A DNA stretch of 64,000 nt from Vicugna vicugna (lineage: Eukaryota). Where the stretch lies: the NCBI GenBank assembly GCA_013265495.1, contig MU063441.1:1506398-1570397 (forward strand), read 5' to 3'. Position 1 is the first letter of the stretch, and the number at the start of each line of letters is the position of its first letter. The notes under the pieces were generated by a model, which did no database searches, was not told the DNA's origin, and saw only the letters and a list, made by a program, of their open reading frames with translations. Positions 35,001-47,000 of this stretch are shown in pieces. A program made the position numbers and the translations under genes.

Positions 35001-38000
35001 GGTCCTTCCTGAATGCCTCACAGATCTCATCATTTGTTGGCTCTACGTAGGTAGGAAATTCTTGTGGCTGGTGCTTCAGGGCGGCCATACAGAGTTTCCT
35101 TTCAAGGCCCTCCTTGGTGCAGCACTCAGCGGTTCCTGGGTGCACTGGGAATGGGGAGTCACTGTCACAGGACTTAGCAGACAGTGCTGAAGTCTAGGAT
35201 GAGAAAAGAAAAGCAAGTAAACTCATATAGGCGAGCTTTCAGGCTTGTAGTTCTCCATGTAGTATAACATCTTAGCCTTAAATTTTAAAACTCTCGTTGG
35301 TAACACACTGTCTGTGACAAGTGGAATAATTGCAGTTATAGGCACGTATGGGGTCTTATGTTAATACATGACTCACAGTAGGACCGAAGGGCTACTGTGG
35401 GCTGTGTGCGAGGGCAGACTTTATAGGTTTTATCCTTTAGTTCAGTGTTTCTCCACAAGTATGTTAACATCTCTGAGGATGAGGGAGGTCATTGGAAAAA
35501 GCTCCATTGATTCTGATATGATCGCCAACCTGCATTCTGCTATTAAAAACCCCACTGGGTGTTTGTTCTCATTTGGAATTTGTAGGACTAACGGGCAAAA
35601 GTGGCTTGTTGTACTAGAATCACCTTGGGCTCTAGGGATAATAGGCTTCATATTTTCCCCAACCTTGGAGTGGGTGGGTTGCTAAGACTCCCCCAAGATA
35701 TAACATCAGAGCCTACTTGGCTCGCTTCTATGGGCCACCATAGAGATGGCCAACCGCACAGCCCTACCCTGTTGTCGTAGCAGTCGGGGTCGGCCTCTTC
35801 AGTGCAGCAGGCTTCTGTCAAGGAGACAACTTCACTTACGAGATGACTGACCTGTTCAAATGTGCCACTGGGAAACTTTCTGCTGTATAGGACCATTGAC
35901 CTGAGGAGGGGAAAAGTAAATCAACACATTCAGAATTTTTAAAGGTTTTCGCATTTGCACATTGTGATACAAAATCTGTTCAATTTTCTAATGCAATATT
36001 GCACACATGTTCTTTTTTACTGAAGTACAGTCAGTTACAATGTGTCAGTTTCTGGCGTACAGCACAATGTCCCAGTCATGCATATACACACATATATTCA
36101 TTTTCTTATTCTTTTTCATTAAAGGTTGTTACAAGATGTTATATAGTTGCCTGTGCTATACAGAAGAAATTTGTCTTTTCATCTATTTTTATATATAGTG
36201 GCTAACAATGCACACATGTTCTTGATGAATGAAAATAATAACATTGACTTTAAAAATCAGTTTACCTAGAACAAAAACTAATCTTGTAAAGCAGCAAAAG
36301 GTGGATTTGGGTGTTCCATCAGACCAGCTTCATATTCTTTCTTCCCTCCAGCCTCCGCAAATGAACTGGGTCTCTACCTTTATTGCCTTTGTTTGCCGGA
36401 GTCCTAGCATGTACTACTTGCTTTTAATTCACCTTAGAAAACTATGTGTACTTATTCCCTCAACTTATTAAAAAACTTGTGACAAGTTCTTAGACCACAG
36501 TAACTACAGCTGAGCTGGAATCTTTGGGCGTCCTCTGCTTGCCCAACATCTCTGCCCACTATCCTCTCAATGTTAGCAGAGATCAGATTAGCCCCCAACA
36601 CGGAATTGAAGTCACTGCACACTTAGCTTCAGTCAATGTCAGGTAACCAAGAGAGTGCGTGAATACCTCATACTTACAAAGATGTGAAGTCATCTTTTCC
36701 CAAACTGGCAAGTTCCTTGCAGACTTTATCTTTCTCATAATCTCGGCCTAGGAACCAGAAATAGTAAAAAATTGTATCTTTTCCCTTAAAACGTTACAGT
36801 AAATGTATGTACATATAAAGGGGTCTTCCACATGATGCATTGATGGGAAAGTAGCATTTTCTCTATTTGCAGTTTCATTTTTGGTGCCTTTGTGTTTTCT
36901 CACAATGGGTCAGAATTTGCTATAAATCTTAATGGAGGGCAGGAAAAGAATATCAGAAGTAGGTAAATCAAAATATATATACCAACTAGTGAGTCAGAAC
37001 CTATTGATAAGTCAGTCCTTCTCTTAGGTTCTGTTTTTCCAACAATGTGAGAATCTTTTTATCCTTCATTCCTTTCTTTACCTCGATCTCACCTAAGGCC
37101 TTTAGAGAAACAAGAAATAAAAAATAAATGGAGAGTATGTCTGTATTCCAATGTGAAGAGCTAAGGATTTTAAAGGAGGGGTGTGCGAGCTGGTGTTGCC
37201 ACCCATTCCCCCTGACCCTCCTCCAGGCTCTAAGGAAAGGCTAGGAATTGAGCTGATGGAAAAGATGGAAATTAAGCAAAATATTTTTTGGGGAAAGTTC
37301 TAAGGGTGGTAGGTTTAGGGAAATGGTGGGAGAGTACTTCTCATTTCAAGCATAGAGGGGCTTCAAGGAAACAGACTTTGATAGGCGACCCCTGTAAGCT
37401 GGTGTACAAGGGACAGGTGTCTGACTCAGACTGGGGAATCTAAAAGCTGAAAAGGGCTGGTTAAGTGACTTGGGGCAACAAAGGAGAAGACTGGGTGGCG
37501 GGGAGCTCTACTGTGGCCTGTGTCCACGATGTACATCAGACAGGAGAGCAAGCTGGCCTGGAGTTGTCATAAATGTCTTCCCTCCCATCCGCCTCAAAAA
37601 AGGCTTATCTAGGGGGAAGCAGACTACCAACAGTGGGATACCTCTGTGCAGATACAATTAGAAAATCAAAGGGCCAAAGGGAGGTCTCCAGGTGCCAGCT
37701 GGATGTGAGAGACTGCAGGGTGATGGAGAGAAAGCTCCAAAAAACCCACAAAGAGAAGTGACAACTTTTGAATGGTTCCCATTACCAGAGAAAACAACAC
37801 TGTCTCGCCAAACTACCCACTGAATTAGTATTTGCTGCTGCTTCCTTTCTTGCTCGCGTCTCTGTTCTGTGAGTTACCCCTGGAAGAGCTAAAAGCTGCC
37901 TGGAGAGGAGAGAAGAGAACTGCAGAGAGGAGACAGGACAATCCCTTTGCCACCATCGGCAAAAGGATGGAAACACACCAGATCTGGGGGCCAGCGTCAA

Positions 38001-41000
38001 CTTTAAATGAACTTACAAATTTTTGATTATTAAACTAACCAGACCTTCCCAGGACTGTTAAGAGGTGATTCTTTTGAGGTTCAGAAGGACCAGAGGACTT
38101 TATTATTGGATCAGAAAAATCATAGAACTTACTCTGAAGTCCATTCAAGAGGTTGGGAAGAGCTCGTTCCTACAGGGGATGAGTTCTGTACTGATGGTGA
38201 GACCCACTTGTTCCCCAGGCCTACTACACGCACAAGAGGGTGAACACATGGAAGGCAGCCGGTGTTTTCCTTCCCTGATCATTTATGCAAGTAAGTCTAG
38301 GAAATTTCCCAATGCTTTCTGATGCTCTCTCTTTCCAAAAAAAAAAGTATATATGAATGTCCTAAATGGTTTTAATGTTTAGCAGCTTATCCTCCTGGAT
38401 TTAAATATTGGGAAATCCACCTTGGGTGATATGATGGTGACTACCTTTACCTTTTACCTCCTAAGTGTCATCACCTCAGCTCTGTGGAAGAGTGAATATG
38501 CATAAGACAAAGTAGAAACTTTTGCTTGATGGTCTGGAGTGGAAGTGTTAATGGCTGGATACAGGCTGGGGGGGAAGGGGCTGTTTTCTTTTTTTCCTTT
38601 AAAAAGAGATTAAAGTCTCTTTAGGATTTGTTAGAATTAGTGGTGAAAATGCCTGATTCTGGTGGGAACTGCCTGTAGGGGAAGCTGCTGCACCCTGTGT
38701 CTTTCTGGTTGACACACACTATATTACTGAGGTGAGAAAAGTCAGAATTGAGGGATAAAGGCACTCTTAAGCAGCATTTTGTAATAAGAGACAAACTCAA
38801 ATACCATCAAGATCAAAGAGAAGGTGGAAAAAACCATGCGGGTTCAAATTTCACATTATCTTGGAAACGAGGACAAGTCAGTCGGGTTGATGAGGCTAAT
38901 AGTCGACGGAATATAAAGAGCTACTGTAATTTATTGATTAGTTTACAAGGTTGGATATTGTCACAGTTTCAAAAGGTCAAAATAAGGCAGAAATTTTCCA
39001 TTAATTATTAATGGTATTCAGTGGGGCTGAAGATAAGGGCACAGAGGGAAAGCATTTAGGGTAGAACTGCCCTCCTGTAGTCGGAGACGGGGTAGTAGGA
39101 GGCAGTGTTGTTTTATGTTGCTCCTAAGTAGAGCTAGGAAGAAGGACTGGTGGTTGGTACCAGTTTAGTGTGAGAGAATTTTATTGTAGCTGCAGCTAAT
39201 TGATAACTGAAATGATAAGCAGCTTTTTGAAGTGAGCTTGTTTTGTCCTAGAAATATTCAAGTGGAATTTAAATAACTGTATATATTAAAGATTCCTGAA
39301 TTTACTATACAATTCTGTCCTCAAAAACTTCAAGATCACTTCCAAAAGGTTATAAAATCATCTCTTTTAGAAGCAGTAGAATTTATCAGAGTCTTTTCCC
39401 CCCAAAGCTTATGGTTTCAAGCCACACACACACAAAAAGCTCTAATAAGAACTTTCTTCTTTTTAATTCAGTTTACAATGCTGTGTCAATTTCTGGTGTA
39501 CAGTACAATGCTTCAGTCATATGTGTACATACATATATTTGCTTTCATATCCTTTTTCATTTTGGGTTACTACAAAATATTGAATACGCTTCCCTGTGCT
39601 GTACAGTATAAACTTGTATATGTTTTATATTTAGTAGAACCCCTTTCTTCTTAATGCAGAGGAGCCAACATTGTTTCATAAACTCTTCCTATAGAACTGC
39701 GGAGATCATTTTAATTTCATTGTGACCACTCAGGAAATATGCAAAATGAGAGTCTGCATTCAATGGGGACACCTCCAATGAACATTTTAAGAACTATTTT
39801 GTTTCTGGCTTTCCAGATTCAGATTTCTCACTTCTCCGAGAAAGTAGAGTTTTGTTCAGTGTGTTGAGAATGTGAGCGCATGTGTAAGTGAACACTACAG
39901 ATAAGTCTCCTGTTATATAGCTTTAATTAAATCAACTGTTTGTGTTTGCACAGAAGTACATTGGAATCCCTGGGTGTTATGTACTGCTTTAGTTAGAAAG
40001 CGAAATGATGATAGAAAAAGTGGAAAACTAGATCAACTATGTAAGACTTAAAATGGCTTTGAAACCATTTTTGCTGGAATATTCAGCCTTGGGCGAGACA
40101 GAAGCAAGGGAAGAAGCCCAAAAGAGGCAGGAAAGAAATTGAGAATTCTGAGGATAGAATTGCTCTTTTAACAATACCCTGTAGAGGAAGCTGTTGCACC
40201 ATGTATCTTTCAGGTAGACTATTTGAAATATTTCTTATAAAAATTCATTTATTCAGAGAAGATCTATAGCTTACCAGACTAAGCAGATATGTTAATCACT
40301 TTTTCATCAAAAAATAACGAATACTGAAGTTAATATGCAATATGATATAAATTGTTTCCTCATTCTATGGAATACTGCCTAATAAATGTTTTCACACCCG
40401 TTGAGCTCACTTTGATTCATATAATTAAATCCTATCTCAAATGAATCGCAAATGACATACTGTTAATGTGCCATGTAGTTATGAAGAAGGCAGTCTGGAC
40501 TTTGATACGATACGGTTTCAGTAAATATTGACATAATCCTAGTGACACTAGTGAAATCACTTTCACATTGTGACCCCTCAGCGCTAAATGTTTACAAATG
40601 TCATTTAATGGAACTGTTGCTTTTTGCAATAGCATTCCCTTTTCCATCTGTATTGTGAAACATTCTGGTACATTGCATCTAATTCTGGACTTTTGAAAAC
40701 ACTTCATTTACTTTCAGGAAGTCTTCACTGCTTCTTGCAATCTCCCCTCTCCCCACACAGCTGACTCATTCATACATGTTTTGAAGACTTACTCTGCACC
40801 AGGCTTTGGGTTCAGTACTGAGTATTCAATGGAGAGCAAAATAGACATCCTTGTCCTCGTGAGATTTCAATCTACTGGAGATAGACAACACGGTACTCAC
40901 TGTCTTGGTATAAACTTTGCTAAAAAGGGTATTTTGAATGCTTTAACTGCTGTTACGATGTTTGGTTCCCTAGAAAAGGTGTTTGTATACCATGAGCAGT

Positions 41001-44000
41001 GGGTGGACCGTAAACAATGTTGATGTGAATACATGCTTATACAGGTTGCCAGGGACTGTCTTAAGCTGCTATTTTCCTCTTATGTTCTGGAGAATCATGG
41101 GCTTTTAGAACTGTTGGGCATTTATATTTTTGCAATTTTATTCCTTTGGTGTTTTTATTTCCATTCTACACCAACAGACTCATCTATTTCAGAAGAGGTC
41201 AGTATAATTGCTTTTTTTTTTTTCAGCTGAAGAATATGGTTTGTAGTATTCATTCAAACTAGTTGGGCTAGATGTTCAGAGTAGTGGTTTTAGTTGAGAA
41301 ATTAAACATTGTTGGGTTGGTTTAGGAAGCTGCCTGATTGGAACTAAATAAAACTGTTATATCATTAAAAACGCTGTCAATAAAGAAGTGGCAATCAGAC
41401 TAGCACTTTTAGTTCATTTTTCAGGCTTTTGGGGTCGCATTCCCATCGACACTCTAAATCCTCATTGCATAAAGCATTGTTCTGGTTTTTGATATTGATA
41501 TTGATGCTTGCAGGCAGGTGTGATTTGAGTTAGAGTCGATGGAAAGAAATTCAATTCTTTTTAATACTAAGAGTTCTGCATGACATCTATAGATTAATTG
41601 AGAGGAAATTGACTATACTTCTTAGGGTGCCATCAGTGGAACATTTTGTATTTTGAAAATTAATACAGGGGCAGTGGGGCAGTTGGCCAGAAACTGTGAT
41701 TGCAGTAGTGGATGGCCTCAGAGACTCACTGAAATTTAATGTCTTTGGGCTCAACAAGGTGGTAATGCATATAGATGCTACATTCATGGAAGTCCCAAAG
41801 GAGGCATTCTTTCTTCACGCATCTCATTCCACCTCCCCTCCCCTTCAAGGCTGAGCACCTTGTCACTTACAAGTGCTTTTGCAGGAGTGAAGATAAAAGA
41901 GCAAGTTCCCTCTTCCACCTTCGGTGTGAGTGAGGGTGTTGTCTTCAGCATTTTGACTTGGAAACTTAGAATTCATTGCAGGGCTTAGTTTTCAAAGCAA
42001 TATAAAAATAAACAACATGATAAAGCACCATGCCAAAAACATGAAAGCCATCAATACTTAAGGACCTGAGGTCTGACTGTAGAGATAAGAATAGAACACT
42101 GATAGTGATCATTGCCATAGAAGAGATTGAAACAAAGTGTCATGAAACCATAGAATGAAAAAAGGCTTTTAGAAAGCCTCATGAAAGGAGTTATTACTTG
42201 AAGTGGACCATGAACGATGGGCAGGACTTTAACAGGAGTAAGTGAATCGGGGCCGGAGGGGGGGATTTTAAGTGGGGAGAACAACATGGAGAAATACCTG
42301 AAGTTAGAAAGTCACAAGTCATGTGTGGCAAATGAGCAATCCCATAATGCAACTGAAGTATGGGACTTACACACTGGAAGACTTGATCACCAAAGTTTTA
42401 CTTACATTTTAAAGTAATGGGGTATCTGTTGAAATATACTCACGTAGGGTAATGACCAACTCATAGCTGTATTCAGGGAAGAGAAATCTTAGATTGAAGA
42501 GAAATAGTAACTTGTTAAGGCTGTTCTATGAAATGTTAATCTATATAAAAATATTTAGTACATCTCTTGCTTAACATGTGGTAAACCCTCAGTGAATGTT
42601 AGCAACTCTTATAGTGAGATGCAGTGATAAGATAAATTACGAGATACATGTGCCCCTGTAATTAGGATCCCACGTGACATGCTGTAGTCCTTCTCTCAGG
42701 AGGTAGGCTGACCAGGTTCCCCTGGTCAGAGGAACATGGAGGAGAAGGTAAAAATAGAATACTTTGAGAAAGCAAGGAAATGAGCCCACACGTATCCCAG
42801 TTATCTCCTGCTCATTTCTCCCTGGATCTGGCCAATAAAATTGCAGTCTATCAACAATGAGATGCCGTCACTCAGCGCTCTTTTCCCTTGGGAGGTCCCA
42901 GTCTGTCACAGGACCCAGAAACCTCATGTATTAGATTTCTATTGCTACTGTAACAGATTACTACACATTTAATGGCTTAAATTTACAGTTCTACTGGGTA
43001 GTCTGACACAGGTCTTACAGAGCTAAAATCAAGTTGTCGGCAGGGCTGTGTTCTTCTGGAGTCTCTAGGGGAGAATTCATTTCCTTACCTATTCCAGCTT
43101 CTAGAGTTGGCCTGTGTCTCTTGGCTCAAGAACCCCTTCCTCTATCTTCAAGATCAGCAACTTTGTATCTCATTGTGCATTTTCTCCTTAGTGACATCTC
43201 TTATGCTTCCCCCTTTCCACCTTAAAACCCCTTGTGATTATTGGCCCCACTCAGATAATCCTACATTATTTTTCTATTTTAAGGTCAGCTGCTTAGCAAC
43301 CTTTATTCTATCTGCCATCTTAATTCTCCCTTGCGATGTAAGCAACCTATTTGCAGGTTCCAGGCATTAGGATGTAGACATTTTTTGGAGAATGCTCATT
43401 CTGCCTACCACACACTCATCACTATTTAAGCCTGAAGTCGCACCTACCATCAGGTGACTCCAAACAGATCAGAATTGGGGTGGATTTATATCAGTCTTAT
43501 CCCTGGAGTCTCACCAGCCAACTATACATGTTCAATCCCAATACTTCATTAATCCCCCAATAACGGGCCTGATTTTTATTTATTTTTGGGCTCCATTTAC
43601 CACATTATGTCAGGTTTTGCATTGCATTTTAATATGAATTGATTGGGGAAGGGATGGGAGGTAGAGATTTGATTAGGGAAGCCATTACAATGGCCGGGTA
43701 AAGGGGAACAGGGACCTGGATGAGAACAGTATGTGGAAATGGAAATGTAGCAGATAAAAGGATCAGTGTTCATAGGCCTTTAGAACCAGATACATGGAGA
43801 GGGTAAAGAAGATAAAGGGAATACTGAGAAGGTTCTGTGCAAGGCTGATGCATTTCAGGGATGAAATGTATAGAATACGGACTTGATTGAATATAGTTAA
43901 GAAAAATAATGTAAAACCCAAGAGGGTTCTACAGATCTGAACATAAATGATTCAGAGGTGATGGTGGTGGGAAAATAGAGGAAAGTTAGGAAACAGAGCT

Positions 44001-47000
44001 GGTTTCATGGAATAGGAATAAACTGGGGTTTGGGTCAGTTATGGATGACCATGGTAGATAGCATAGATTTCACTTAATTCCCTCTAAATTGGTGTTAGTG
44101 GGTGGTTCTCTCTTACACTTCTTCTAATATTAGTGAAAGACAGTATTGCAGGTGTGTATCTCACAAGAGGCAGCAAAGTTGTGATTGTGAGCATTGTCTC
44201 TGTAAACCCAATGAACTGATGTGAAATTCGGATCCTGCTACTTACTTGCTTGGTTACTTTGGATAAGTTACTTAACCTCTCTTTTCCTCAGTTTTCCCCA
44301 TTTATAAAACGAGGAGATTAGTGCTGAGCTCCTCATGGTGTTGAAAGGGTGAAATAAATTTAAGAGATTTTAAACATGCTAGTACATTGTCAGTAAATGA
44401 TTAGCTGTTCTATTCAGTGCATGAAATCTAGTGACAGTGCTTCACAGTGAACGCTTTATATAATTATAATGAAAATAACAAGAGGCTTGCAAGTTTATTC
44501 CTTCCAGGATATCGATTGTCCTAGTTGACATTTAATTTTCCTTAAATACTCAAAACTACCATGTGGGGAAGCTACCCATTTTGTGATTTTATTCCAAAAA
44601 TCTATTGAATACTTACTATGTAGCAAGTAGTGTTCTAAAACTGGGGATTCCAGTAAGGAACAGAACTTACTTGATTTCATGGAACTTACATTCTATATTT
44701 TACTTTCATTACAATAAACAAATGAGCAGCTGATGATAAGGTGATGAGTGCTAAAAACAAAAGCAAAACAAAGCTAAAGCAGGGGAAGGGAATAGAGAAA
44801 AATGGTGTAGGAGGTGCTATTTGAGGTAGGTAGGTCAGGGAAGCCTTCTCTACATGTGAACTTGGAGCAGATAGAGAAGGATCAGTGTTCTCAGAGGAGG
44901 GAGGTGCTAATGCAAACCCCTGGGGTGCAGAGTACAGAGTGTGGAGGCCAGTAGGCTGAAGTGGCGTCAACTTGGGGAAAATACGAGCGAGGAGGGAGCA
45001 ATGGACAGAATAAAGAAGTTAAGTGACCACAGATACTAAGGGGAGGGTAGTTGGTTCCTTTTAAGAATTTCTTCATCTTTCTCCTATATAAATCAACCCT
45101 GTGGCCTTTCAAGGTGTGTGTACTTATCCCCGTACCCCACACACGATGGTGAGTGCATACCTGGCACTGCACCTCAGAAAAACAAAGTGTTACTTTGCTG
45201 TTGATTTTCAGGGAGGTTGACATGGCTTTTGATGATGGAGTTAGCAACCTCTCTGACTTCACCTCTTCCTCCTTCCCCCTCTCAGCTAAGCCTGAAAAAT
45301 GCTTTTACTCTGGCTGCCTTGTGAACTTGGATCAGGCGGTATTTGTTCCCAGCTCAGGACTTTTTGCACCTTCAGCTTGAAACATAGTAGATATTTGCAT
45401 GACTGTCTTCTTTTCATCATGTAGCTCTCAAATCTGTGTCACCTCCCCAGTCACCATTGTGTTTGTTTTGCAGAGAGGATATACAGACATACGTGGGAAA
45501 ATAGACTGCTTATTCTGAATTACTTTGTAGAATTCTGTACAGCTATGTCACTGAATCAAACTTAGGACAGCTTTTTCATATGACTACTGATGAAGGGACA
45601 ACCTGTAGAAAAGAGAATGATTCAGCAGTGTTTTGGAAGGTTGGGATAAACCACATTGTCTAAGCCTCTTTTGATGGGTAAGTGGGAGAAGGAAAAATAC
45701 AGTTATCCATCAACCCAAGGGAAACTTACTTTCTTCTCTCTGTTAGATAACATGCATAATAAAATTATGCTGAGGATGAAATGCTTAAAGCAAAAGGAAA
45801 ATGTTTATAATATCTTGTTCTTAAAAACAGCTCTTACAAACAGCAGTGTTTTATCTCTTGTAGCATTATTTCCTGTCAGTAGCCTTCTTGCTTGTTTCTT
45901 GGCAAGAGGGAAAGATATAATTTAGGTTAGTGCTTTATCTATTTTAGTTTTGAGTAAAGAAGCCAAGAGGAGGCAGTCTGTGAACATAACTTTCTTGCCA
46001 CTCATACGATAGATAAAGTGGATATTATATCATCTAGACTTGGCATATTTGGTAAGCCCTTCTCGCCCAAGGCATACCCAGGGGCTTGTGAACTGAATCC
46101 CCAAAGCCATTTGATGAGAGAGGAAGGGCCTGACAAGCTGATGTTCATGTGGAGCTGCAGCAGTGTGCATTTTAGAGCTGAGGTTTTCCAAAGACTACTT
46201 CATGGGATACAGGCATTTTAGGAAAGAGCTCATTTGGGAAACTCTGGGCTAAATTTTCTTTGTTTTGATTTCTCAGAACTGCTCGGACAGCAAAAGCATT
46301 GATTGCAAACCAACCAAGAGGGACTAATTATGGCTTAGTTCTTAAATGTGTTTGGCCATGGAGACTTTTTTCCAAGATGAGTCTTGAGGGAAATACACTT
46401 TGGAAAAGGTGTTTTAGACAAATGCTGTGGGTGGTCGGTCAGCTCTCTAGAACTTAACAGACAGAACCATAACCCAAACCAGTCCTCCAGCATCTAAAAT
46501 TCCTCTCGACTCCTTTCTTGTGCATACTTTGTAGCATCCTGCCAGGAGACAGCACATGTAGCTTCCAGGTAAATCACTGACTTGGTATTTGGGTCATCCT
46601 CAGGTATTGGAGAACAGAGGACTAAGAGGTAATCTGAAATTCAGACCTTCAAGGGAGCTGACTTGAAGTTTTTAGCATCAATTTCATCAGAGCTAAGAGA
46701 ATGCTAAAGGATGTTGAAATAGAGGTTGCAGAATCCTGTTATTCTCCAAAGCATATTGGCTTCACTTCAAAGAGTTACAGTGTACACTTACTGAGTCAGT
46801 AGTTCACAGTGGTAGCTCATGTTCCACATTTTGGCATCCACATATAAGCCCAGGGCCTAACCATTACCAGACTTTCTGTGTTTTGAAGACTCGGGTCTGA
46901 ATGTACTTCAGTAGGATTTTTCAGGTTTAGATCTGCCCCAGGGAAACCCTCGGCAAGGGAGTAAGCTTTCAGGGTTCCTGGGGACTTGGCCTGTTCAGAG

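Noticed and set aside
44891-45262. 123-aa minus-strand ORF in intron 1
   Set aside because: It overlaps L2-derived sequence and has no coding signature.
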